A DNA stretch of 64,000 nucleotides from Alphaproteobacteria bacterium. GTDB lineage: Bacteria; Pseudomonadota; Alphaproteobacteria; JASGCL01. The notes beneath the pieces are model-generated. The model ran no database searches. It was not told the DNA's origin and saw only the letters and a program-made list of their open reading frames with translations. The position numbers and the translations under genes were made by a program. This document shows, piece by piece, positions 36,690 to 46,457 of the stretch. Where the stretch lies: assembly GCA_051010635.1 (NCBI GenBank), contig JBPCVJ010000039.1, positions 2,489 through 66,488 of the forward strand, read 5' to 3'. Numbering within the stretch: position 1 is the first letter of the stretch; each line of letters begins with the position of its first letter.

Positions 36690-37928
36690 TTAAAAACCCA
36701 TGGCATAACGCACGGTTTTTTTCTTCAAAAATGATAATTGGTCAAACCCCAACAAACCCAAACGACGCATCGCCGCCGCCATATCATGGCTGGTAGCAAA
36801 TAATCTGTGCAAACTATCGGTCGCCAACAACATTTTTTGATTATCATAAAACCGCTTTCGTTCATAATTTTTAATCACCATATCATCACCCAAATCTTGT
36901 TTATGATGTTTAGCTGTTAGTAAAATATCGCTCAGTGCCATAATATCTTTAAGCCCTAAATTAAATCCTTGACCAGCTATCGGGTGAATCGTGTGGGCAG
37001 AATCGGCAATGATAATTTGTCTATCCTTGCCATAATGATAGGCATGGCGTGCCACCAATGGATAGGAAAAAACTTGCCCGATCATTTCAATCTTTCCTAA
37101 CCAATCAGTAAAACGCTGGCATAATTGATAATGAAAATCTTTTGGTGATAATTTTAACAATTTTTCTGCCATTGCTGACTTTTCGGTCCAAACAACATTC
37201 ATTTTATTACCCACCAAAGGTAACATAGCAAAAGGTCCTGCTGGCATAAAAAATTCAACTGCCACGCCATTGTGGTGGCGTTCTGCCTTTATAGATAAAA
37301 CCAAAGCTGTGTCTTTATAATTATTTTCATAAAAATTGGTTATGGATTTTGCTAAATTTGACATTTTGCCTTCGGCTATCACCAAAAGCGGTGCTGTCAA
37401 TATATGATCGGTTTGTAATGTCGCTTGAATTTTTTTATCATCAATGTTTTTTTGTAAAATACTATCCTCTTCATATAGAGTTATATTTTTTTGCTTTTTA
37501 ATCGCATTTATCAAAGCATAACGCAGGTGGCGATTTTCAACTATCACGCCAAAAGGTTGGTTGTCACGCTCGCTATAAAGTTTTTTTTCCTTATGAATTT
37601 CTTTATCAAATTTAATCCCAATATCACGATAATCAAAATGGGTTATCATAGGCGATGCACCACGCAACCCATCGCCATCAACAATACGAATATCATTGAT
37701 TGGCATTGCATAGGGTGATAACACCTGCCACAAACCCAATGATGCCAAAAATTGTAAAGGCGCTAAAGATAAAGCCACCGCCCGACCGTCAAATTCTGGT
37801 TTTAAGGTTTTTTCGATCTTACCATATTCAACTATCGCAACCGATAAACCATATTGTGCAACAGCCAATCCCAAAGTTTGCCCCGCCAAGCCGCCACCCG
37901 AAATAATCACATCATAATTTTTTGTCAT
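36690..37928 (-). CDS. FAD-dependent ubiquinone-biosynthesis hydroxylase (UbiH/UbiF/Coq6 family)
   Basis: YDVIISGGGLAGQTLGLAV (FAD Rossmann motif) and IADSAHTIHPIAGQGFNLGLKD (the conserved DAAH..P..GQG motif of this family). Confidence 0.8.
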   Translation of the reverse strand: MTKNYDVIISGGGLAGQTLGLAVAQYGLSVAIVEYGKIEKTLKPEFDGRAVALSLAPLQFLASLGLWQVLSPYAMPINDIRIVDGDGLRGASPMITHFDYRDIGIKFDKEIHKEKKLYSERDNQPFGVIVENRHLRYALINAIKKQKNITLYEEDSILQKNIDDKKIQATLQTDHILTAPLLVIAEGKMSNLAKSITNFYENNYKDTALVLSIKAERHHNGVAVEFFMPAGPFAMLPLVGNKMNVVWTEKSAMAEKLLKLSPKDFHYQLCQRFTDWLGKIEMIGQVFSYPLVARHAYHYGKDRQIIIADSAHTIHPIAGQGFNLGLKDIMALSDILLTAKHHKQDLGDDMVIKNYERKRFYDNQKMLLATDSLHRLFATSHDMAAAMRRLGLLGFDQLSFLKKKTVRYAMGF

Positions 37929-37990
37929 ATTTTTTTTACTATCAATATCATCACAGGCAAATTTTTTTATCCCACCACCATCATATCAAT

Positions 37991-39217
37991 TTATGTCAAA
38001 CGGGGTAATTGAAAATCTTGCCATTCTTTGTTCAAAGCAAAAACCATTCGTTCTATCAATTCATCATCATGCAGGGGGCTTGCTGTCAAACGCAATCTTT
38101 CTGAACCCCGTGGCACCGTGGGGTAATTGATAGGTTGAATATAAATATCATGGCATGTCAATAACCTGTCGGTTATAATTTTGCATTGATCGGCCGCACC
38201 GATCACCACTGGCACAATATGGCAATCTGATGGCATGGTGGGAATTTTTGCCGCACCCAAAGCTTTTTGCAAATGTTTTGCTTGTTTAGATAAAGTAATA
38301 CGCAAACTAGGGGTTTTGCGAATAATATCCAGCGCCGCCATTGCCCCTGCCGCCACATGGGGTGGCAAAGATGTGGTAAAAATAAAACCATGTCCTATTG
38401 AACGAATATAATCTATGACTTCTTTTTTACCAGCAACATAACCGCCTATTTGCCCAAATGCTTTTCCCAGCGTGCCTTGTATAATATCAACCTCATCCAT
38501 CACCCCTGTTTGTTCTGCTACCCCTGCACCTGTTTCACCATAAAGCCCTACCGCATGCACCTCATCAAGATAGGTAATAGCCGAATATTTTTTGGCAAGG
38601 GCAACGATAGGTTTTATTTTGCCAAAGGTTGCCTCCATCGAATACACCGACTCAAAAGCAATAATTTTTGGTCTGTCGGGGTTTGCTTTATGGTCGGCTG
38701 CCAAAAATTTTTCTAAAGCATCAACATCATTATGTGGAAATATTCTTTTGCTTGCCTTACCATAACGCATACCCGCTATCATTGAATTGTGATTCAAAGC
38801 ATCAGAATAAATAATCGGGTTGATAGCCGATAATGCCGATAAGGCAGTTAGATTAGCCACATACCCCGAGGTAAAAAGCAATGCTTGTTCTTTTCTGTGA
38901 TGCTCCGCCAATTTATTTTCTAATAATTGATGCAAATAATGCGACCCCGCTATATTACGGGTGCCGCCCGCACCCGTGCCATATTTTTCTAAAGCATTCT
39001 GCATTGCATGAATCACCCGCTTATCTTGTCCCAACCCCAAATAATCATTTGAACACCACATAGTTATTTCTTTCTGCCCGCCATTTTTATCATGATAAAT
39101 GGCTTTTGGAAATTTATCAGGTATGCGTTCTAGCCCAGCGAATATGCGATAACGCCCCTCATTTTTTATTTTCCCTAAGGTGTCTTTGATAGATTGTTCA
39201 AAAAAATCAATGCTCAT
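37991..39217 (-). CDS. hemA: 5-aminolevulinate synthase
   Basis: ITMWCSNDYLGLGQD (the ALAS-signature VWCSNDYLGMG) and the PLP-lysine block TLGKAFG. 408 aa. Alpha-oxoamine synthase family. Confidence 0.9.
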   Translation of the reverse strand: MSIDFFEQSIKDTLGKIKNEGRYRIFAGLERIPDKFPKAIYHDKNGGQKEITMWCSNDYLGLGQDKRVIHAMQNALEKYGTGAGGTRNIAGSHYLHQLLENKLAEHHRKEQALLFTSGYVANLTALSALSAINPIIYSDALNHNSMIAGMRYGKASKRIFPHNDVDALEKFLAADHKANPDRPKIIAFESVYSMEATFGKIKPIVALAKKYSAITYLDEVHAVGLYGETGAGVAEQTGVMDEVDIIQGTLGKAFGQIGGYVAGKKEVIDYIRSIGHGFIFTTSLPPHVAAGAMAALDIIRKTPSLRITLSKQAKHLQKALGAAKIPTMPSDCHIVPVVIGAADQCKIITDRLLTCHDIYIQPINYPTVPRGSERLRLTASPLHDDELIERMVFALNKEWQDFQLPRLT

Positions 39218-39226
39218 ATTGTTTGC

Positions 39227-40606
39227 CTATGATGCCAATATTGAAATAGCCTCATCCAATGCGAGAGTCAGCCGCTTAAATAATTCATCCAAATCTTTTT
39301 CATTGATAATCAAGGGCGGACAAAAGGCGATTGAATCAAATATCAACGGGCGTAAAATCACGCCATGTTTTTCACATAAAGCGGCTACTTTCGCTGCCAC
39401 AGCCGTTTCGGGTGCAAAAAATTTTCTTGCCTTTTTATCTTGCCATAATTCAACCGCACCAATTAACCCCACCCCACGCGCATTGCCAACCAATTCATGT
39501 TGGCGTAATTTTTCTAAATGTGCCTCGACCTTAGGTGCCATAGTTTTTACCCGAGAGAGTATTTTATCTTCCTCATAAATTTTCAAAGTTTCCAATGCCA
39601 CCGCACAAGATACTGGATGACCACCATAGGTGAATCCTGTGCCAAAGTTTTTCAATTCACCTGCAAATTTTATAATTTCATCTGCCAATTTTTCATTTAT
39701 CATCACTGCCGATATTGGCAAATAGGCTGATGACATTGCTTTGGCCATGGTTATCATATCGGGGTTCATGCCATAGGTTTCTGCCCCCCAAAAATTTCCA
39801 GTGCGGCAAAAACCGGTAATAACTTCATCGGCAATAAGCAAAATATCATTTTCTTTTAAGAGTGCTTCCAATTTTTGAAAATAATTTTTTGGTGGAATAA
39901 TCACCCCGCCAGCGCCTTGCAATGGTTCGGCTATCATTGCACCAATATTATCAGCCCCCACCTGTTGGATAGTTGCCTTGACTTCCATCATCATTCTATC
40001 GGTAAAAGCCGCCTCGCTTTCACCATCTTGGCTAAGGCGGGGAAAATGCGGCGCCGATAAATGCTTAACAGGTATGATGGGCAAATCAAACCCTTTATGC
40101 AAAACATCTAACCCGGTGAGCGATGCCCCTGCCAGCGTGACCCCATGATAGCCATGGTGGCGAGATAGGATCATTTTTTTCTTCGGCTTGCCAATCGCAT
40201 TGTGATAATACCATACAATTTTGATGGCACTATCAACCGCCTCTGACCCTGAACAAGCAAAAAAAACTTTTGCCATTTTCGGGGTGGTGGCAGGTGCAAG
40301 GGCAATGAGTTTTTCTGCCAAATCAATGGCTGGGTCATGGCTTTTATGAGCAAACAAATGCCCATAGGGCAAACGATGCATTTGCCTTTCGGCAGCTTCT
40401 ATCAATCGTGTTTCACCATAACCCAAAGAGGCACACCATAACCCCGACAAACCTTCGATATATTCTTTACCATCACTATCTTTGACATAAACCCCCTTGC
40501 CCTGTTCTATAATGGTTGGACCGCGAGTTTCATGCACCGCCAAATTTGTATAAGGGTGCAAGATATTGGCAATATCACGGGCTTGGGCAGAATTACTTTT
40601 GACCAT
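39227..40606 (-). CDS. Class-III (omega) aminotransferase, SpuC / beta-alanine-pyruvate transaminase-like
   Basis: ADEVITGFCRTGNFWG (the class-III DEVxTGFGRTG motif), GHLFAHKSHDPAIDLAEKL and TYGGHPVSCAVAL. Confidence 0.8.
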   Translation of the reverse strand: MVKSNSAQARDIANILHPYTNLAVHETRGPTIIEQGKGVYVKDSDGKEYIEGLSGLWCASLGYGETRLIEAAERQMHRLPYGHLFAHKSHDPAIDLAEKLIALAPATTPKMAKVFFACSGSEAVDSAIKIVWYYHNAIGKPKKKMILSRHHGYHGVTLAGASLTGLDVLHKGFDLPIIPVKHLSAPHFPRLSQDGESEAAFTDRMMMEVKATIQQVGADNIGAMIAEPLQGAGGVIIPPKNYFQKLEALLKENDILLIADEVITGFCRTGNFWGAETYGMNPDMITMAKAMSSAYLPISAVMINEKLADEIIKFAGELKNFGTGFTYGGHPVSCAVALETLKIYEEDKILSRVKTMAPKVEAHLEKLRQHELVGNARGVGLIGAVELWQDKKARKFFAPETAVAAKVAALCEKHGVILRPLIFDSIAFCPPLIINEKDLDELFKRLTLALDEAISILAS

Positions 40607-40677
40607 TTGATTTTATCATTCATTGTCCTATCGCAAAATATAATAAAAAGCAATCAAAGCTTAAAACCCCCACCCTT

Positions 40678-42219
40678 TTAATTACCCGAAAATTCATAGG
40701 TGCGGTCAAAAGCCTTAAACAAAGCCTGAGCCTTATGCAAACATTCTTGTTGTTCATTTTTGGGTATCGAATCATACACCACCCCCGCACCTGTTTGAAT
40801 CACCACCTTGTCATCTTTTAACAAAGCACATCTTAAGGCAATGCAATGGTCACTATCGGCTTGATTAACAAAATCTTTATCATCAATATCACTCATCTGC
40901 CCCACCATTTTACTAGAAAAATACCCAACCGCACCAGCATAAAGACCCCTTTGTGTTTTTTCCAATTCGGCAATAATTTCCATCGCACGAATTTTTGGTG
41001 CCCCCGAAACCGTGCCTGCTGGCATACCAGCAAGCAATGCCGCCAAACTGCTTTTGTCTTTTGCCAATTGCCCCACCACCTCAGATACCAAATGCATAAC
41101 AAAAGAATACCGTTCCACCTGAAATTCTTGCACCACCTTTACCGAACCTAATTCTGCTACCTTGCCAACATCATTTCTACCCAAATCAAGTAACATAAGA
41201 TGCTCGGCTCGTTCTTTTGGGTCATGCTTTAATTCCTCTTCCAATTTTTTATCTTCGGCATCGGTTTTACCCCGTGCTCTGGTGCCCGCTATGGGATATA
41301 CCGAAACTTTTTTATTATCAACCTTCACCAATGTTTCGGGGCTAGCACCGACAAAGGCAAAATCATCCCAACGAAAAAAAAACATATAAGGTGCAGGGTT
41401 CGTGGCACGCAACGCACGATAAAATGCAAGTGGCGATGCATGGAAATTATCATATTGAAAAACTTGGCTGATAACTGCCTGAAAAATATCACCCGCTTTA
41501 ATATAATCAATGGTTTTATTAACCGCCGCAATAAATTCTGTTTCGCTGGTTAAAAATTGTGGTTGCTGTGGCATGTTTTCAGTGGCGGGTGATGAAGCGG
41601 GAAGCGGTTGTTGCAACATCATAAAAGTTTTATCCATCATAGTGCTGGTCTGTTCCAATGCCGAAGAAGCGCTAAGATTTTTTTCATATTGGCATCGCAC
41701 CACCAACCACGCCTTATCCATCACATTGTCAAATATCAATATTTGTTTTGGCAAAAAATAACGACCATCAGGCAAACCATGTGCATCATGGCGGTGGCTA
41801 GGAATTTTTTCTATCAACCGCACCGCTTCATAACTTAAAAAACCAAAAAACCCCGAGGCGGCGGCTGGCAAGCCATCTGGAAATTTTATTATATGTTGAT
41901 TAAGAATTTGATTAAGGTCAGACAAAGGGTCATGCGATTTTTCTTGCCATACCCCATCATCGCCATAGCGATGAAATGCCTTGCCATTTTGCATCTGCCA
42001 CAATAAAATAGCTTGCCAACCCAAAAAACTATAACGGGAACGGCTTTTGCCTTGTTCAACCGATTCCAACAAAAACATATGGCGTGACCAAGATTGCAAT
42101 TTTATCATCGCTGCCACGGGGGTTAAGGTATCGATGGATAATTGGCGATAAAGCAATGCATCATGCTTGATGCTATAATTTGATAAAAACTCTTCTTGGT
42201 TGGTGATGGCATTTAACAT
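40678..42219 (-). CDS. Chorismate-utilising enzyme, anthranilate synthase component I (TrpE) or aminodeoxychorismate synthase (PabB)
   Basis: VYPIAGTRARG, EHLMLLDLGRND, RYSFVMHLVS, GTVSGAPK and AGAVGYF are collinear with E. coli TrpE. I cannot discriminate TrpE from PabB by eye. No trpG/pabA is adjacent. Confidence 0.8.
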   Translation of the reverse strand: MLNAITNQEEFLSNYSIKHDALLYRQLSIDTLTPVAAMIKLQSWSRHMFLLESVEQGKSRSRYSFLGWQAILLWQMQNGKAFHRYGDDGVWQEKSHDPLSDLNQILNQHIIKFPDGLPAAASGFFGFLSYEAVRLIEKIPSHRHDAHGLPDGRYFLPKQILIFDNVMDKAWLVVRCQYEKNLSASSALEQTSTMMDKTFMMLQQPLPASSPATENMPQQPQFLTSETEFIAAVNKTIDYIKAGDIFQAVISQVFQYDNFHASPLAFYRALRATNPAPYMFFFRWDDFAFVGASPETLVKVDNKKVSVYPIAGTRARGKTDAEDKKLEEELKHDPKERAEHLMLLDLGRNDVGKVAELGSVKVVQEFQVERYSFVMHLVSEVVGQLAKDKSSLAALLAGMPAGTVSGAPKIRAMEIIAELEKTQRGLYAGAVGYFSSKMVGQMSDIDDKDFVNQADSDHCIALRCALLKDDKVVIQTGAGVVYDSIPKNEQQECLHKAQALFKAFDRTYEFSGN

Positions 42220-42234
42220 GTGATAGTAAAAAAT

Positions 42235-44118
42235 TTAATTAAATAAATTATCTAAGCGTTGCCAAAAAACTTCAACACCATAAATTTGATAAAGTTGAAG
42301 TAGCCAACTTTCAGTGCTGGCGGCTTGAAATTGTTGTTTGAAATCATCGCTATTTTTTTGTGACAGATTTGGCAAACTGGGTATATGCCGCATGATCAAT
42401 AATCTTGCCTTATCCGATACCACCACATTAAAAGCGGCAAACAACACCTCCACCACCTGTTGGTTATTTATATTTTGTAATATCGATTCATTGCCCAATA
42501 TCTGTTGTTGCGAAAAATAAAATCGTTTTGCCGATAATTTTTTGTCAGAACTATATTGGTCAAAATCAAATGTGCCTTTATTTATCTGTTCATCGATATT
42601 TTGTTTTTCAACCAACAATGTTTTTTTTGCCTCTGCCAATTGCCAATCTTGCAATAATTGATTTTTTATTTCGGCAAAAGGCGGTAAGAAGGTCGGCTGA
42701 TTATCCAACAAACCTATCGCTACAAGATTATTTTCATCATTGGTATTTTGATTATCATCGGTTTGATTCAAAACCAAAGGGGCAGTTTTAATATTGTCAG
42801 AAAACCCGCCCTCTAAAATATCATCAAGATAGGGTTGATTTGCAACATATCGCCCATTTTGGTAGCGACCTTGTTTATCAATAAAATCAGTGGCGGTAAT
42901 ACGCCCAACCAAACCTGTATCTTTTAATACCTCAGAAAATTTTTTCCCGCTTGCCAATTGGTCATTGACCAAACGGTAAAGATTGTTAAAAGCCTGATCG
43001 GTTTTTTTCGTCATAATATCGGCACGCAATGCATCTGCCACATCTGCCAATGGTTTTGGTGCGCCACCGATTTTTGTTAAAAAATGCAAAACGGCAAAAC
43101 CAAAAGGTGTCTCAATCACCGATGGTATGGTATCACCAACCTCAGCAGTGGTTAAGCCATAATTTGCCAAATCATGTCTCTGCAAAGTGATGGTATTATA
43201 TTTGGCATTTTGTGGTCGCTGGTTTAGCGATTGGGCGGGATTTTTTTGATAGATACGATAAAAATCATCTGCCGATGTTTTATCAGAAAACAACCATTGG
43301 GCAAATTGATAACCCGCTGGCACTATAAATTCTTGACGCCTTGCTTGGTAAGCGGCTTTGATGTCGGCATCACTTACCACCAATTTTTTAACCACCAATT
43401 TTTTTAAATCACCGCTGGATAAGGTAAGAATTTGAAAACGGCGATAATTGGGTTTTTGATATAAGGAAGCATTCGCCTGATAAAAATTTTCTAAATCATC
43501 ATTGGTGGGGTTTTTGATGGTAAGCCCAAGTTGTTTTGTATCCAATGAAATATAATCCACCGCAATGTTTGCATCACGCCCTGGCCAAACCGCCAACAAA
43601 TTGGGCGTATCAAATGTCAAGGCGGCAAAATAATTTTTTAGCCATGTTTGAGACAGATTTTTTTTTATTTGTTCAATGATGACGCCTTCGCTAATACCAT
43701 TTTGCTGAATAATCGCCAGATAGCGATCTTTTGAAAATTGCTGTGTGGCGGGGTCACGAAAAGCAGGATTTTTTTGAATCGCCTGTGCCACCACCTTATC
43801 AGAAATTTGCAATTTCATATCCACTGCCAATTTTGCCAATAATTCTTCAAGCAATAAATCTTGTAAAAACCTTTGCGGTAATTGTAAATTTTTTTGTTCA
43901 TCAATCGATAAATTTGCCAAATTATATTCTTGCAATTTATTTTGGTAATAGCGTTCAAATTGGCGAGGTTTAATATCACTGCCTTTCATTTTTACCAATG
44001 CTCGGCCCGATGGTGCCACACCGCTTGCACCAAAAGAAATAAAACCTATCGCCAATAATACCCCAAGCACAATTTGAAAAGGGCGATTGCGAACCAAAAA
44101 ACGAATGGGGGATAACAT
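42235..44118 (-). CDS. ppiD: Periplasmic chaperone / peptidyl-prolyl isomerase PpiD-like (membrane-anchored SurA-type)
   Basis: N-terminal single TM anchor. The blocks LQISDKVVAQAIQKNPAFRD and RYLAIIQQNGISEG are collinear with E. coli PpiD (GISDEQVKQAIFATPAF and RYNGILNQMGMTAD). Confidence 0.75.
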   Translation of the reverse strand: MLSPIRFLVRNRPFQIVLGVLLAIGFISFGASGVAPSGRALVKMKGSDIKPRQFERYYQNKLQEYNLANLSIDEQKNLQLPQRFLQDLLLEELLAKLAVDMKLQISDKVVAQAIQKNPAFRDPATQQFSKDRYLAIIQQNGISEGVIIEQIKKNLSQTWLKNYFAALTFDTPNLLAVWPGRDANIAVDYISLDTKQLGLTIKNPTNDDLENFYQANASLYQKPNYRRFQILTLSSGDLKKLVVKKLVVSDADIKAAYQARRQEFIVPAGYQFAQWLFSDKTSADDFYRIYQKNPAQSLNQRPQNAKYNTITLQRHDLANYGLTTAEVGDTIPSVIETPFGFAVLHFLTKIGGAPKPLADVADALRADIMTKKTDQAFNNLYRLVNDQLASGKKFSEVLKDTGLVGRITATDFIDKQGRYQNGRYVANQPYLDDILEGGFSDNIKTAPLVLNQTDDNQNTNDENNLVAIGLLDNQPTFLPPFAEIKNQLLQDWQLAEAKKTLLVEKQNIDEQINKGTFDFDQYSSDKKLSAKRFYFSQQQILGNESILQNINNQQVVEVLFAAFNVVVSDKARLLIMRHIPSLPNLSQKNSDDFKQQFQAASTESWLLQLYQIYGVEVFWQRLDNLFN

Positions 44119-44121
44119 AGG

Positions 44122-44751
44122 TTAATCTTTTTTTTGTAAAGGTTTTCGTTTCGGCATAACATCATCTATCAAGCCAAATTGTTTGGCTTCGCTTGCCGAC
44201 ATAAAATTATCTCGGTCAACCGATTTTTCTATGATTGCCAAATCATTGCCAGTATGTTTTACCAATAATTGATTCAAAATTTCACGAATACGCAAAATTT
44301 CTTGTGCCTGAATAGCCAAATCGGACGCCACCCCCTGTGCCCCACCCGATGGTTGATGCACCATAATCCGTGCATTGGGCAAAGCCATTCTTTTGCTTAC
44401 CCCACCCGCTGTTAATAGCAATGCCGCCATGGATGCCGCTTGACCAACACAGATGGTTGATACCGCAGGTTCAATAAATTGCATGGTATCATAAATTGAT
44501 AACCCCGCTGTCACCGAACCACCGGGCGAATTGATATAAAGAAAAATATCTTTTTTGGGATTTTCTGCCTCCAAAAATAATAATTGTGCCACCACCAATG
44601 ATGCCACATTATCATCAATACCGCCGGTTATAAAAATTACCCTTTCTTTTAATAGGCGTGAATAAATATCATAGGCGCGTTCGCCGCGCCCTGATTGTTC
44701 TATCACCATTGGCACCAAAGTATTATGAATGGTAGATATGGTATCGTTCAT
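44122..44751 (-). CDS. clpP: ATP-dependent Clp protease proteolytic subunit
   Basis: [11 protein letters not shown] (catalytic Ser), MVHQPSGG (His) and the conserved N-terminus [17 protein letters not shown]. Confidence 0.95.
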   Translation of the reverse strand: MNDTISTIHNTLVPMVIEQSGRGERAYDIYSRLLKERVIFITGGIDDNVASLVVAQLLFLEAENPKKDIFLYINSPGGSVTAGLSIYDTMQFIEPAVSTICVGQAASMAALLLTAGGVSKRMALPNARIMVHQPSGGAQGVASDLAIQAQEILRIREILNQLLVKHTGNDLAIIEKSVDRDNFMSASEAKQFGLIDDVMPKRKPLQKKD

Positions 44752-44789
44752 GTTTTTTTATAATAAATGAATCAAAAACTAATCGCAAA

Positions 44790-46166
44790 TCAATCGCTGG
44801 GGGCACGATGGATGCTTTCAGCTTTTTTAATAAAATCATCGGGCGATAGATCTTTATCAGCAATGGTAATTTTAGCCAAAAGATGTTCCACCACCTTTTG
44901 TTCAAAAATCGGTAATGACAATTCCACTTGCAGATTCTTATCTTTTTCAATGGTTTTTAAGAATTTTTCACGCTGGTCGGTTGGGTATTGCATGGCACGA
45001 TTCATAATCACCTGACGCATTTCATTTTCAGATACTTTGATATCGGCTTTTTCGCCCACATCATTCAATATCAAACCCAATTTTACCCGCCTTGCTGAAA
45101 TGGCACGATATTCTTTTTCCAAAGTTGTTAGGTCCTTACCCTTATCCTCCTCCTCCAGATGGTTATGTTCAAAAGCATGTTTAACATCCTTAAACACCGA
45201 TTGAAAATCATTTTCTACCATGCGTTCGGGCAATTCAAAATCCATCAAACGATGCAATTGGTCAAGCAATTGCCGTCTTAGTAAATCATTGCTCTGTTGG
45301 TCGGTTTGGCGGGTGATTTCTTTTTTTATCATTGCCACCAATTCCTGTTTATCCTTAAGCCCCATTTTTTTTGCCAAATCATCATCTTGTAAATTTGGCA
45401 AATATGCCTTGAGCGCCTTGATAGTGGTTTTAAAAACCGCTGGCTTTTCTGATAATGATTCATCATGATAATGTTTGGGAAAAACAACCTTAATCTCTAG
45501 GCTTTCATCCAATTTTTTACCCACCAATTGTGCCTCAAACCCTTCAATAAATTGTCCCGACCCCAATTCCAATTCAAAATCATTGGCTTTGCCACCCGCA
45601 AAAGGTTTGTCATCAATAAAACCTTCAAAATCCATCACCACAATATCGCCCTGTTTGGTTTCATTGCGGTCGGTGATGGGTTTTGTTTCACGATATCTTT
45701 TTGCCATAGCCACAAGGTTAGATTCAACTTTTTCTGCCATTTCCTTTTCGCTCAATGTGGCACGATAACGATGTAGCGAAATTTTATTAAGTGGCAATTC
45801 GGGTATCAAAGGCAATAGATTAACCGCAATTTCGGCAGTCAAATCCTTTTCTAATTTTAATGCCTCCTGATGATTGATGCTAATAATTTCTGGGCGGTCA
45901 GCAATTTTAACCGCAAATTCTTTTTGAATTTTTTCCAAACCTTGTTTCAAAAATTTTTGAATGGCATCCGCCATCAATTTATCGCTATAGTTTTTTTTCA
46001 AAATATCTATCGGCACCTTACCGACACGAAACCCCGCCATCTGTGCTTTGGGTTGCAAACTTGCCAATTCGGCATCAAGGTTTTTTGCCAAATCAGATTT
46101 TTTTACATTAATTTCATACTGCCGTGCCAATTTTTTTTTACTGGTCTGTTTGATATTTATCATCAT
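44790..46166 (-). CDS. tig: Trigger factor
   Basis: Three-domain layout with a central FKBP-like PPIase region (FEGFIDDKPFAGGKANDFELELGSGQFIEGFE). It is adjacent to clpP, as is typical. Confidence 0.9.
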   Translation of the reverse strand: MMINIKQTSKKKLARQYEINVKKSDLAKNLDAELASLQPKAQMAGFRVGKVPIDILKKNYSDKLMADAIQKFLKQGLEKIQKEFAVKIADRPEIISINHQEALKLEKDLTAEIAVNLLPLIPELPLNKISLHRYRATLSEKEMAEKVESNLVAMAKRYRETKPITDRNETKQGDIVVMDFEGFIDDKPFAGGKANDFELELGSGQFIEGFEAQLVGKKLDESLEIKVVFPKHYHDESLSEKPAVFKTTIKALKAYLPNLQDDDLAKKMGLKDKQELVAMIKKEITRQTDQQSNDLLRRQLLDQLHRLMDFELPERMVENDFQSVFKDVKHAFEHNHLEEEDKGKDLTTLEKEYRAISARRVKLGLILNDVGEKADIKVSENEMRQVIMNRAMQYPTDQREKFLKTIEKDKNLQVELSLPIFEQKVVEHLLAKITIADKDLSPDDFIKKAESIHRAPSD

Positions 46167-46239
46167 CTTAACTTTCTATGTATCACATTGTTTTCACATA
46201 TCGCAAATCAATAAAATTTTTTGGCTAGATTTTTATATC

Positions 46240-46323
46240 TGGTGCGGGCGGAGGGATTTGAACCCCCACGAGTTACCTCACCAGAACCTAAATCTGGCGC
46301 GTCTGCCATTTCGCCACGCCCGC
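46240..46323 (-). tRNA. tRNA-Leu (anticodon TAG)
   Basis: Reverse complement GCGGGCG-TG-GCGAAATGGCAGACGC-GCCAGATTTAGGTTCTGG-(long variable arm TGAGGTAACTCGT)-GGGGGTTCAAATCCCTC-CGCCCGC-A-CCA. A type-II tRNA with anticodon loop TTTAGGT. Confidence 0.9.
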
Positions 46324-46457
46324 CATTTTTTTTCTTTGCTATTGCCTTGTTATTAATAGATCCCCTTGTTTCACTTTTTATAAAAAAAAGCAAGATATTT
46401 TTCCAGCTTATAAAAATCCGCTTGCTAGTTTATCACAAACATCATAAAAACAAATCT

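Noticed and set aside
46221-46457. The tracked mutS ORF starts at 46221, inside tRNA-Leu
   Set aside because: The extended N-terminus is translated from the tRNA gene's opposite strand and has no similarity to MutS. The ATG at 46458 precedes the conserved MutS N-domain, and I used it instead.
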